IMG/VR virus record: IMGVR_UViG_3300042868_003731 | Span: 153,967-217,966 of that record | Origin: a virus | Taxonomy: Duplodnaviria > Heunggongvirae > Uroviricota > Caudoviricetes | Direction: 5' to 3' (one strand) | Length of the DNA stretch: 64,000 bases | In this document: positions 18,213 to 27,000 of the stretch, piece by piece | Layout of the letters: each line of letters starts with the position of its first letter | Numbering within the stretch: the stretch's first letter is position 1 | Notes under the pieces: model-generated | Told to the model about the DNA's origin: nothing | The model's database searches: none | The model's input: the letters and a program-made list of their open reading frames with translations, nothing else | Translations under genes and position numbers: made by a program

Positions 18213-20072
18213 ATGGTTTTTTCTGTAAGCCCATCCGTCATTGTTAGAGAAGTGGACGCGACTGCCGTAATACCGGCCGTAGCTACACCTCCTGCTGCTG
18301 TTGCCGGTGTGTTTCGCTGGGGACCAACCAACGAACGCATTCTAATCACATCAGAAGATGAACTTGCTTCACGTTTTGGAAAGCCGTTTGCTAACACAAC
18401 ATGGCAGAATCATGAGACATTCTTTACCGCAGCTGACTTTCTGTCATACTCGAATGCTCTATATATAACTCGAGTAACGTCAGATTCTGCTGCATCTGCT
18501 AACAGCACATACTTCGAAGCAAAGTATGAAGGTGCACTCGGTAACTCTCTCCAGGTTGCGGTAGTATCTTCCGCTTCGTTTTCTGATACACTTGCTGCGG
18601 TTGGAGACGCGACAGGTATCTTTAACTTTAACTCTAACACGGTAAACCTATCTCTTGAAGACGAGATCACAACTGCGCTTCAAGTAGATGATATAGTTCG
18701 TATCGGCAATCCAACGATTGGTTATCAAGATTTAATCGTCACCGCTTTCACGGACAACGAAGCAAACACTACGCCGTTTACATACAGTGTTAGTTTTAAG
18801 AACAGATACACTCTAACGGAAACGGATATGGCGTTTCTTAGCCTAGAAAGAAGATGGGGATACGGCGACCGCGTAGGTGCTGCTCCATCTAACAATACTC
18901 TAGTTCATATCTCTGTTATTGATAAACTAGGAACAATCAGCGGTATCGTAGGAAGCGTTCTTGAACTATACGAAAACGTATCAGTTTCATCGTCTGCAAA
19001 ACTTCCAGATGGAACGACAAACTACTATGTTGACGTAATTGCAAACCGTTCCGCATACATTAAAGCGATCGGGACTGACGCTGCGCTAGGCGATAACACG
19101 CCATCCGCTGCACTCACAGGAACGTTTACATCCCCGATCTATGGAGCTCTAAGCGGTGGTTCTGACGGTGACGGTGAAGCTGCAATCTCTCTTGGAAAAG
19201 TTGCTCTTGGATACGATCTCTATAAGGATCCTAACGAGGTTGACATCTCTGCGCTTCTAACCGGCAAGTCATCAAGTTCTAACCTTGCTAACTATCTAAC
19301 ACAGAACATAGCAGAGTCACGTAAAGACTGCGTTGTGTATGCGTCTCCGACGTATGCTAACGTTGTAACACCAGCAAATCCAACCGATAAGATGAACAAC
19401 GCGATTGCATTTAGAAATAGCTGTACATCGTCATCCTATCTTGTGATTGACACTGGATACAAGTATCGTTACGATAAGTATAACGATGCATATCGTTGGG
19501 TTCCACTTAACGGTGACATTGCAGGTCTATCAGCTCGCATCGAGTCATGGGAGTCTCCGGCTGGATACAAGCGTGGTGTTATCAAGAACGTCGTAAAGCT
19601 TGCATTCAATCCAAACAAAGCACAGCGAGATCAACTTTACGGCAGCGACATTAACCCAGTCATCGCGCAGGTTGGGCAAGGTGTTCTTCTGTTCGGTGAT
19701 AAGACTGCTCTTGGAACTGCGACAGGAAGCGCGTTCACTCGCATCAATGTTCGCAGACTCTTCATCACTGTTGAGAAAGCAATCGCCACTGTGGCTGCTT
19801 CGTTCCTCTTTGACTTCAACGACGAGTTCACTCAGACACAGTTCAAGAACTTGGTCGAACCGTTCCTTCGTGACATTCAAGGAAGAAGAGGTATCATAGA
19901 CTTTAGAGTCGTCTCTGATGCTACAGTAAATACACCAGACGTAATCGACCGTAACATCTTTAGAGGCAACATCTTCATTAAGCCAGCGCGTTCAATCAAC
20001 GTGATCGAGCTTACATTCGTTGCGACTAGAACCGGTGTAGAATTCGATGAAATCGTTGGTCAGCCACTCTAA
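18213..20072 (+). CDS. 18: Contractile tail sheath protein gp18
   Basis: 'FRWGP', 'YRYDKYNDAYRWVPLNGDIAGLSAR..SPAGYKRGVIKNVVKLAF..AQRDQLY..INPV' and 'FTRINVRRLF' parallel T4 gp18 ('FQWGP', 'YQYDKYNDVNRWVPLAADIAGLCAR..SPAGYNRGQILNVIKLAI..AQRDRLY..INPV', 'FDRINVRRLF'). C-terminal 'IKPARSINVIELTFVATRTGVEFDE' matches 'IQPARSINYITLNFVATATGADFDE'. Confidence 0.9.
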   Translation: MVFSVSPSVIVREVDATAVIPAVATPPAAVAGVFRWGPTNERILITSEDELASRFGKPFANTTWQNHETFFTAADFLSYSNALYITRVTSDSAASANSTYFEAKYEGALGNSLQVAVVSSASFSDTLAAVGDATGIFNFNSNTVNLSLEDEITTALQVDDIVRIGNPTIGYQDLIVTAFTDNEANTTPFTYSVSFKNRYTLTETDMAFLSLERRWGYGDRVGAAPSNNTLVHISVIDKLGTISGIVGSVLELYENVSVSSSAKLPDGTTNYYVDVIANRSAYIKAIGTDAALGDNTPSAALTGTFTSPIYGALSGGSDGDGEAAISLGKVALGYDLYKDPNEVDISALLTGKSSSSNLANYLTQNIAESRKDCVVYASPTYANVVTPANPTDKMNNAIAFRNSCTSSSYLVIDTGYKYRYDKYNDAYRWVPLNGDIAGLSARIESWESPAGYKRGVIKNVVKLAFNPNKAQRDQLYGSDINPVIAQVGQGVLLFGDKTALGTATGSAFTRINVRRLFITVEKAIATVAASFLFDFNDEFTQTQFKNLVEPFLRDIQGRRGIIDFRVVSDATVNTPDVIDRNIFRGNIFIKPARSINVIELTFVATRTGVEFDEIVGQPL

Positions 20073-20097
20073 TAAATAAAGAAAAAGGAGTATAAAC

Positions 20098-20631
20098 ATG
20101 GCCTTCAATATAAACGAATTCAAATCACAACTAGTAGGAGGAGGAGCGAGACCATCGCTCTTCCAAGTCCAAATTACAAACCCAATCAATGCTATCGCCG
20201 ACTTTAAAGTTCCTTTCATGGTAAGAGCAGCTGCTCTTCCTGAGTCAACTACAGGATCATATCAGATACCATACTTTGGACGTTTCATAAAGTATGCTGG
20301 AGATAGAACGTTTGCCGACTGGACAGCTACAATCATCAACGACGAGGACTTCCTTGTTCGTAACGCGATGGAAGCTTGGTCAAACGCAATTAACTCTCAC
20401 GACTCAAATACGAGAGCTCTACCACAGACTTATAAGTCGAACGCAATCATAACTCAGTACAGCAAAGATGGTAGACCTCTTCGCACGTATGTATTCGAAG
20501 GAATTTATCCTATCAGTATCGGTGCGATACCGGTTGCTTGGGAAAACACAGATCAAATTGAAAACTTTGATGTCACATTCCAATACGATATGTGGAGAGT
20601 TGAAGGCTCGACTGGCATTTCCACTACTTAA
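20098..20631 (+). CDS. 19: Tail tube protein gp19
   Basis: 'RPSLFQVQI', 'YAGDRTFADWTATIINDE', 'YKSNAIITQYSKDG' and 'FDVTFQYDMW' parallel T4 gp19 ('RPNLFQVEI', 'VAGDRTFDDWTVTVMNDE', 'YKKSAIVRQYARDA', 'FEVTLALDYWE'). Confidence 0.85.
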   Translation: MAFNINEFKSQLVGGGARPSLFQVQITNPINAIADFKVPFMVRAAALPESTTGSYQIPYFGRFIKYAGDRTFADWTATIINDEDFLVRNAMEAWSNAINSHDSNTRALPQTYKSNAIITQYSKDGRPLRTYVFEGIYPISIGAIPVAWENTDQIENFDVTFQYDMWRVEGSTGISTT

Positions 20632-20704
20632 TAGTTGATAAAGGAATTGCTAATTGGACTGTTTTGTAATACCGTTTGGTAAATCACAGAACGATATATT
20701 TCAC

Positions 20705-20723
20705 GGCGGGATCAAATCCCGCC
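20705..20723. other. Stable stem-loop (GGCGGGA-TCAAA-TCCCGCC) in the 190-bp gp19-gp20 intergenic region
   Basis: 7-bp GC-rich stem seen directly. No U-tract follows and there is no TATAAATA box in this spacer. Possible attenuator or RNA-processing structure. Confidence 0.3.
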
Positions 20724-20823
20724 ACATGATAGATATTATGAAAGACGCTGCGACCTCTTTAGGCACTGCTGATTGTTTTATCAATAAGATACTAAAGAAT
20801 GGCGAAGCAAGGAGATTGAAATA

Positions 20824-22491
20824 ATGCGTGTATTTGGATTTGAAATCAAAAGAGAAATCGGCGGAGCCGAAGAAGAAAGAGCTGTCTCTTTTGTAGAACC
20901 TAACAACGACGAAGGCGCAATCACCATAGGAAACTCTCTAGGAGGATCCTATGGTATCGCTATTAATATGGAAGGCGACGCCAAGACTGAAGGCGAGCTT
21001 ATCACCAAGTATCGTGGAATGGTAATGCAGCCTGAGATTGCACAGGCCGTAGACGAAATTGTAAACGAAGCAATTAACGTCGATAGTCATGAGAATGTTG
21101 TAGAGATTATTCTTGACGATACAGAATTACCAGACAAAGTAAAAGATCGTATCGTCGAAGAGTTTGAAGAAGTGCTACGTCTTCTCGACTTTTCCAACTA
21201 CGGCTATGATATTTTTCAGAAGTTCTATGTAGATGGAAGATTGAATTATCATATCATTATTGATAACGAAGATCTGAAAGCTGGCATCAAAGAGCTACGC
21301 TACATTGACCCACGTAAGCTTCGTCTCGTCAAAGAGATGGACGAGAAGTCAAAGGATCCGCACTCCGGTATACCTCTTAAGAAGATCAAGAAGGAGTACT
21401 ATCTATACTCCGATTCTGGTTTTGGTTCAAAGTCAACAACGAGCAATGTTAACTCTGGTCAGACGGTTCAGGGATACCGCATCGCAAAAGATTCCGTTGC
21501 TCGTGTAACGTCTGGTCTCATGAATGAGACGAATTCGCTTGTACTATCGCACCTGCATCCTGGTATTAAACCTCTAAACCAACTGCGTATGCTTGAAGAT
21601 GCGACTGTTATCTATACGATTACCCGTGCTCCGGAAAGAAGAATTTTCTATATCGACGTCGGTCAGTTACCAAAGGCTAAGGCTGAGCAGTATCTACACG
21701 ATATGATGACTCGCCATAAGAACAAACTACAGTACGACTCCGACAGCGGTGACATTACAGACGGTCGTAAGTTTATGACAATGACTGAAGACTTCTGGTT
21801 CCCTCGTCGTGGCGGCGAGCGTTCCACAGAAGTTGACATTCTTGCTGGTGGATCCGCGCCCGCTCTAAGCGGTGACGAAAACCTTCAGTACTTCCAAAGA
21901 AAGCTTTATAAGTCCCTTAAAGTTCCGATATCACGTTTAGAACCAGAGACTATGTATAGCTTCGGCAGAGTGTCCGAGATATCAAGAGACGAACTCAAAT
22001 TTAGTAAGTTCATTCGCCGTCAAAGACTACGTTTCTCTGGTATATTTGATCTCTTCTTAGAAAAGCAACTCATTCTTAAAGGTATTCTCGATCCTGAGGA
22101 ATGGGCTGACATAAAGAATAAGATACGATATGACTTCATGAAAGATAACTACTTCGAAGAACTCAAGCAGACGGAAATACTTCGTGAAAAAGTAACGATG
22201 CTTAGAGATATCGAGGAACAGATCGGTAAGTACTACTCAAGAGAATGGGTTATCAAAAACGTTCTATTCATGTCAGATGAAGACATACGTGAAATGAAAA
22301 AGCAGATCAAGAAAGAAACTGACGAAGGCTTGTACGACGTTGGTATGCCTGATGATGAACAACCTCCAGCACCAGCAGATCAGCCGCCAGAAAATCAGCA
22401 ACAGCCTCCTCAGAATGATCAAGAGGCCGAAGAATCATTAAAAGTTATAAATAATAAAGTAAAACCATTCAAAAGAGGGCTTAAAAGATGA
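20824..22491 (+). CDS. 20: Portal vertex protein gp20
   Basis: 'KPLNQLRMLEDATVIYTITRAPERRIFYIDVGQLP..MTMTEDFWFPRRGGERSTEVDILAGG' parallels T4 gp20 '[61 protein letters not shown]'. Also 'IKELRYIDPRKL'. Confidence 0.9.
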   Translation: MRVFGFEIKREIGGAEEERAVSFVEPNNDEGAITIGNSLGGSYGIAINMEGDAKTEGELITKYRGMVMQPEIAQAVDEIVNEAINVDSHENVVEIILDDTELPDKVKDRIVEEFEEVLRLLDFSNYGYDIFQKFYVDGRLNYHIIIDNEDLKAGIKELRYIDPRKLRLVKEMDEKSKDPHSGIPLKKIKKEYYLYSDSGFGSKSTTSNVNSGQTVQGYRIAKDSVARVTSGLMNETNSLVLSHLHPGIKPLNQLRMLEDATVIYTITRAPERRIFYIDVGQLPKAKAEQYLHDMMTRHKNKLQYDSDSGDITDGRKFMTMTEDFWFPRRGGERSTEVDILAGGSAPALSGDENLQYFQRKLYKSLKVPISRLEPETMYSFGRVSEISRDELKFSKFIRRQRLRFSGIFDLFLEKQLILKGILDPEEWADIKNKIRYDFMKDNYFEELKQTEILREKVTMLRDIEEQIGKYYSREWVIKNVLFMSDEDIREMKKQIKKETDEGLYDVGMPDDEQPPAPADQPPENQQQPPQNDQEAEESLKVINNKVKPFKRGLKR

Positions 22492-23621
22492 AGACTCTAC
22501 GTCAAATAATATCAGAGGTCTCTCAGCCAAAAGCAGACGACGAAAAAGATTTCAAAGATAAGCATATCGTAACAAAGGTTCAGCATCCTGTAGCTACAGA
22601 TCATACTTTCACTGGAAAGCTCGGAAAGGCTCCTAAGCGTCGTGCGGATTATAACAAGGGCGAGGACGAAGCTGTCTATGAAAATAGCTTTAAATCGCCA
22701 ACTGCAGCTGGCGGAGAATACGACTCAGAAGATAGTCACCAGAAGTATAAAAAAAGTAACAAGTCTTCTAAGACAATGAAAGAAGCAAAGAAGATGGACC
22801 CGGTCGGCAAGGAAGATGACGACATTGATAACGACGGCGACACGGACAAGTCTGATAAGTACCTTCACGCTCGTCGTAAAGCGATTGGTAAGGCCATGTC
22901 TGAAAGAGTAAGAGAACCATACGCGATTGGTATGGCTGCTGCTATGAAGGCAACCGGAGATAAGCCACCTCTAAAGAAAAGCACAATCACTAAGGCTCAT
23001 AAGATTGCAAAGTCAATCGCAAAGAATGAGCAAGCCGACCTAGTTGCCGAAGACGCGATGGAAGAAATTCCAATGATGATGAATCAGCTATATTACATCG
23101 CATACGGTGCTGAAGAAATCATGGGATATCTCGAGGGTATGGATTTTGATCCAGAAGAGTGGTTCCAAAATAAACTTTCTGCCGTACATAAAGAAATGAT
23201 GAGCCTACACGCTTACATGGAAGGTGACAGACGTATGATGTCAGCCATGGATTACGAAGATATGTATGGCGAAGAAACAAACCTCGGTGAAGTAACTCGT
23301 TCTGCAATAAAGAAAACAGTATCCTATACAGGTGCAGACGGAAAGTCTCATACTCGAAATGTTCCTATTCGTAAAGTGGAACGCGACGACGATGGTGAAG
23401 AAAAGATCCGTGAATCTGCAGAACTAACTGAAGTTTTTAGCCAGGGTATTGTTAAGCTCAAGGACGGTGGTTCAGTTATTCTTAAGAAAGAAGACGCCGA
23501 TCTTCTAAACCAGATGCTTAAAGATCTTTCTTCTGCAAATCGTAAAAAGATGGAAGAAGTAGCACTCAAAGATAAAGTTGGCTTTAATGAGATCCTAGGA
23601 TTTGCGAGGGAAGCACTATGA
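22488..23621 (+). CDS. Highly charged 377-aa protein in the gp67/gp68 (prohead core) position; candidate prohead core / internal virion protein
   Basis: Synteny slot between portal and prohead protease. K/D/E-rich low-complexity composition. No T4 counterpart of this size. Confidence 0.35.
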   Translation: MKTLRQIISEVSQPKADDEKDFKDKHIVTKVQHPVATDHTFTGKLGKAPKRRADYNKGEDEAVYENSFKSPTAAGGEYDSEDSHQKYKKSNKSSKTMKEAKKMDPVGKEDDDIDNDGDTDKSDKYLHARRKAIGKAMSERVREPYAIGMAAAMKATGDKPPLKKSTITKAHKIAKSIAKNEQADLVAEDAMEEIPMMMNQLYYIAYGAEEIMGYLEGMDFDPEEWFQNKLSAVHKEMMSLHAYMEGDRRMMSAMDYEDMYGEETNLGEVTRSAIKKTVSYTGADGKSHTRNVPIRKVERDDDGEEKIRESAELTEVFSQGIVKLKDGGSVILKKEDADLLNQMLKDLSSANRKKMEEVALKDKVGFNEILGFAREAL

Positions 23622-23860
23622 TGATAATCAAACCTACTGATGTAGAAATTTCATTCACGACTGCAAACACAGTATACGATGCAAAACTCGTTCGTATCTA
23701 TGCCGCAGCAAATTCTGTAGTTACTATTGTAACTGAAGCACACGCAAATACTACGTTTACGATGCATCAGGGAACTGTTGAAATTGTGGAAAAGCTGCCA
23801 ACCGAAACAATCGCTGGCACCACTACTCTTCGTTGCACTCCAGTTTCATATAAGTACTAA
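23618..23860 (+). CDS. Small hypothetical protein (prohead core slot)
   Basis: ATGA-overlapped with the preceding gene. Position suggests a head-assembly accessory; no recognisable motif. Confidence 0.35.
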   Translation: MMIIKPTDVEISFTTANTVYDAKLVRIYAAANSVVTIVTEAHANTTFTMHQGTVEIVEKLPTETIAGTTTLRCTPVSYKY

Positions 23861-23863
23861 AAG

Positions 23864-23871
23864 TATAAATA
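23864..23871 (+). promoter_or_regulatory. T4-type late promoter box TATAAATA upstream of gp21
   Basis: Exact TATAAATA, 20 nt before the AAGGAG RBS and the ATG at 23892. Confidence 0.5.
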
Positions 23872-23891
23872 AAGAACAAAGGAGAAATCAT

Positions 23892-24566
23892 ATGAAACTG
23901 ATCACGGAAACAATTGAAGAAGTTAGAGTTCTAACTGAAACAAGCGAACACGAGCCAAAGCAGTATTTCATCGAAGGTATCTTCATGCAAGGAGATATCA
24001 AGAACCGTAATGGAAGAATATATCCATCGACGATTCTAGAAAAAGAAATGATGAGATACGGCGAGCAGTTCATTAAGACTAAAAGAGCTCTTGGAGAACT
24101 TGGGCACCCAGATGGTCCTCAGATCAACGGTGATCGCGTATCTCACCTTATTACTGAGATGAAGCGCGACGGTTCAAACTTCGTTGGTAAGGCAAAGATC
24201 CTAGGTACTCCAATGGGTAACATTGTAAAGACGTTCATTGACGAGGGTGTCAAGGTTGGTGTTTCTACTCGCGGCCTTGGATCTGTAAAGGCAACGAAAG
24301 AAGGCATCATGGAAGTTCAAAACGACTTTCATCTTGCGACTGTCGATATCGTCACAGATCCATCGGGTCCAAACTGCTTTGTGAACGGTATTATGGAAAA
24401 CACGGACTACTATTACGATATAGTATCTGGAACTTGGAGAGCTCAGCAGATGATTGAGCAGGCCGTTCAAGAAGTGAAAAAAGAGTATAAGAGAACTGTA
24501 AGAAAGGTAGACGAAGCATATGCTGCGCGTCTATTCGAAAACTTCATTCGTTCTCTGAAGAACTAA
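23892..24566 (+). CDS. 21: Prohead core protease gp21
   Basis: 'YFIEGIFMQGDIKNRNGRIYP..ILEKE', 'ALGELGHP' and 'VSTRGLGSV' parallel T4 gp21 'LYIEGIFMQAEVVNRNKRLYP', 'ALGELNHP', 'VSSRGLGSL'. Start chosen at the RBS-preceded ATG 23892 rather than the track's 23778, which would read through the late promoter. Confidence 0.85.
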   Translation: MKLITETIEEVRVLTETSEHEPKQYFIEGIFMQGDIKNRNGRIYPSTILEKEMMRYGEQFIKTKRALGELGHPDGPQINGDRVSHLITEMKRDGSNFVGKAKILGTPMGNIVKTFIDEGVKVGVSTRGLGSVKATKEGIMEVQNDFHLATVDIVTDPSGPNCFVNGIMENTDYYYDIVSGTWRAQQMIEQAVQEVKKEYKRTVRKVDEAYAARLFENFIRSLKN

Positions 24567-24570
24567 GTTT

Positions 24571-24578
24571 TATAAATA
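24571..24578 (+). promoter_or_regulatory. T4-type late promoter box TATAAATA upstream of gp22
   Basis: Exact TATAAATA. It overlaps the first ATG of the ORF-track call, which argues that the real start is the downstream RBS-preceded ATG. Confidence 0.5.
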
Positions 24579-24616
24579 TGGATATGAAACACGAATCCAA
24601 TAAAAGGAGAGTAAAT

Positions 24617-25564
24617 ATGTCAGGGTTAGACGAACAAAATTTTGTAAGTGACGACGGAATATCTACCGTTCCTGGTCCAGTCACACCAGTAGGTGGAGAG
24701 ATCAAGAAGCGTAAGGCAGATGTAAGCAAAGTCGTTGACGCAAAGGCAGGAACAGTGGCAAAGCCACCAATGTCCGAAGCTGAAGAAGCTTCAGACGAAG
24801 AAGTAATCGAAGAAGAGGTAATCTCTGTCGAAGAATCGATTAAGAACATGTTCGAAGGAATGGATCTTTCAGAAGAGTTCAGATCAAAGGTAACACTTGT
24901 ATTTGAAGCAGCTGTAAACGAAGCTGTTACTCTTCGTCTAGAAGAAGCTACCGCTTCTCTTGAAGAGCAGTTCGAAAATGATCTTAATGAGTCGCTCAAT
25001 GAAGCGATGGCAGAAGTTGTAGAGAACCTCGATTCATATCTTGACTACGTAGTCGAAGAGTGGATGACTGAGAATAAAGTTGCTATTGAAGCTGGTATCA
25101 AAGTAGAAATGGCAGAGTCCCTAATGGATGGACTTAGAGAACTATTCACTGAGCACAACATTGAAATCGATGATGAGACAATCGATGTTGTAGCAAGTCT
25201 AGAAGAAGATAACGCTTCTATCACAGAACAAGCTAACGAAATAATCAACGAAAACATCGAACTTAAGAAAGAGGTTGCTGCACTAAAAGCTGAAATCGCT
25301 TTCGAAGAAGTTTCAGAAGGTCTTACCGTTTCTCAAAAAGAGAGACTTAAGGTTCTTTCAGAAAAGCTCGATGTAGATGAAATCGATGGTTATAAGTCAG
25401 ATCTTGCAACTCTTAAGGAGTCATTCTTTAAGACTAAAAAAGCTCAGGTGATTAACGAAGAAGCAGAAGAAGTTGTTCAGGAAGACACCGCCAAAAAGCC
25501 AGTATCTTCTTACTCAACCGTTAATGCTATCGTTGAAGCTCTAAATAACAAAACTATTAAGTGA
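24617..25564 (+). CDS. 22: Prohead scaffolding protein gp22 (acidic, coiled-coil)
   Basis: Position between gp21 and gp23. Strongly acidic with E/A/L-rich heptad-like sequence. AAAAGGAGA RBS lies 8 nt before the ATG at 24617. Confidence 0.65.
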   Translation: MSGLDEQNFVSDDGISTVPGPVTPVGGEIKKRKADVSKVVDAKAGTVAKPPMSEAEEASDEEVIEEEVISVEESIKNMFEGMDLSEEFRSKVTLVFEAAVNEAVTLRLEEATASLEEQFENDLNESLNEAMAEVVENLDSYLDYVVEEWMTENKVAIEAGIKVEMAESLMDGLRELFTEHNIEIDDETIDVVASLEEDNASITEQANEIINENIELKKEVAALKAEIAFEEVSEGLTVSQKERLKVLSEKLDVDEIDGYKSDLATLKESFFKTKKAQVINEEAEEVVQEDTAKKPVSSYSTVNAIVEALNNKTIK

Positions 25565-25576
25565 AAACAACAAAAT

Positions 25577-25584
25577 TATAAATA
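25577..25584 (+). promoter_or_regulatory. T4-type late promoter box TATAAATA upstream of gp23
   Basis: Exact TATAAATA, 36 nt before the ATG. AAAGGAGAG RBS. Confidence 0.55.
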
Positions 25585-25620
25585 CAACCAGACAATAACA
25601 ACAGCCAAAGGAGAGACAAA

Positions 25621-26931
25621 ATGAGTCAATCTAATAAAACTTTAGTCGAAAAGTGGGGTCCTCTTCTTGAGCACTCTTCCTTCTCGCCAATCACAGACAA
25701 CCACAGAAAAGCAGTAACTGCTACTCTTCTAGAGAACACAGAGAAAGCACTTCTTGAGACCAGCGACGCGTCAATCAACATGACTTCGCTTCTTCAGGAA
25801 ACACCAACCAACTTCGCTGGAACCGGCGGTTTTGGTGCTGGTGCTAGCACACCACAAGCTGGTTACGATCCAATCCTTATCAGCCTAGTTCGTCGTGCTA
25901 TGCCAAACCTAATGGCATACGACATCGCTGGTGTTCAGCCAATGACTGGCCCAACTGGTCTTATCTTCGCAATGCGTTCTAACTACAACGCAATGTCAGG
26001 TAACACCGCAGTTGAAGCATTCTACAACGAAGCTGACACTGACTTCTCCGGTACTGGCTCTATGACTGGCGTTACTGGTTCTGCTGCAACAGCACCAACC
26101 GGTACTGGTCTAACAACCGCTGCTGCTGAAGCGCTTGGCGACGGAAACGGAACAAACTTCGCAGAGATGGCTCTTGCTATCGAAAAAGTTACTGTGTCTG
26201 CAAAGAGCCGCGCTCTTAAAGCAGAATATACCAGTGAACTTGCACAGGATCTCCGCGCTGTTCACGGTCTTGACGCTGAAACAGAACTTGCAAACATTCT
26301 ACAGTCTGAAATCCTTGCAGAAATCAACCGTGAAGTTGTTCGTACTGTTTACACCTCAGCCGTAACCGGTGGTGCAAACACTGCTGTAACTGGTATCTTC
26401 GATCTTGACGTTGACTCAAACGGCCGTTGGTCAGTTGAGAAGTTCAAGGGTCTTATGTTCCAGATCGAACTCGAAGCCAACGCGATTGCAAAAGCAACTC
26501 GTAGAGGCAAGGGTAACATCGTTATCTGTTCTTCTGACGTAGCTTCTGCTCTTCAGATGGCAGGTGTTCTCGATTACACCCCAGCTCTTAACAGCAACGC
26601 TCTAAACGTTGACGACACCGGAAACACCTTCGCTGGTGTTCTAAACGGTCGTTACAGAGTTTACATCGACCCATACGCTGGTGCAAACTACCTCGTAGTT
26701 GGCTATAAGGGATCCTCCGCATTCGACGCAGGTCTCTTCTACTGCCCATACGTTCCACTACAGATGTACCGCGCAGTTGGTGAAAACAGCTTCCAGCCAA
26801 AGATCGGCTTCAAAACCCGTTACGGTATGGTTGCTAACCCATTCGCTTTCGGCCCAACCCGTAGCGAAGGTGCTCTTACCGCTAACAGCAACGTCTACTA
26901 CCGTAGAGTTCGCGTTTCGAACCTATTCTAA
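25621..26931 (+). CDS. 23: Major capsid protein gp23
   Basis: 'KWGPLLE', 'VRRAMPNLMAYDIAGVQPMTGPTGLIFAMR', 'SAKSRALKAEYTSELAQDLRAVHGLDAE', 'FAGVLNGRYRVYIDPYA..YLVVGYKG' and 'FQPKIGFKTRYGMVANPFA' closely parallel T4 gp23. Confidence 0.92.
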   Translation: MSQSNKTLVEKWGPLLEHSSFSPITDNHRKAVTATLLENTEKALLETSDASINMTSLLQETPTNFAGTGGFGAGASTPQAGYDPILISLVRRAMPNLMAYDIAGVQPMTGPTGLIFAMRSNYNAMSGNTAVEAFYNEADTDFSGTGSMTGVTGSAATAPTGTGLTTAAAEALGDGNGTNFAEMALAIEKVTVSAKSRALKAEYTSELAQDLRAVHGLDAETELANILQSEILAEINREVVRTVYTSAVTGGANTAVTGIFDLDVDSNGRWSVEKFKGLMFQIELEANAIAKATRRGKGNIVICSSDVASALQMAGVLDYTPALNSNALNVDDTGNTFAGVLNGRYRVYIDPYAGANYLVVGYKGSSAFDAGLFYCPYVPLQMYRAVGENSFQPKIGFKTRYGMVANPFAFGPTRSEGALTANSNVYYRRVRVSNLF

Positions 26932-26941
26932 TAATAAAAGA

Positions 26942-26959
26942 GGCCGGAAACAACCGGCC
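26942..26959 (-). terminator. Rho-independent terminator for the - strand (ends the convergent methyltransferase transcript)
   Basis: GGCCGG-AAACAA-CCGGCC hairpin. On the - strand it is followed by UCUUUUAUUAUU. Confidence 0.5.
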
Positions 26960-26973
26960 CCTTCTAATAACTC

Positions 26974-27000
26974 GGCGGGTCTTCGGATCCGCCTTTTATT
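26974..27000 (+). terminator. Rho-independent terminator after gp23 (UUCG tetraloop hairpin + T-tract)
   Basis: GGCGGGTC-TTCG-GATCCGCC (8-bp stem including one G-U) followed by TTTTATTT. Confidence 0.6.

Noticed and set aside
20705-20723. Possible tRNA T-arm or tRNA gene in the gp19-gp20 spacer
   Set aside because: The 7-bp stem with a 5-nt loop has no flanking D-arm, anticodon-arm or acceptor pairing. No tRNA-like cloverleaf can be drawn anywhere in the 190-bp spacer.
23778-23891. Upstream extension of gp21 to the track start at 23778
   Set aside because: It would be translated through the TATAAATA late promoter. An AAGGAGA RBS sits correctly before the ATG at 23892, and the T4 gp21 similarity begins there.
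24578-24616. Track start of gp22 at 24578
   Set aside because: That ATG overlaps the late-promoter box. A strong RBS precedes the ATG at 24617.
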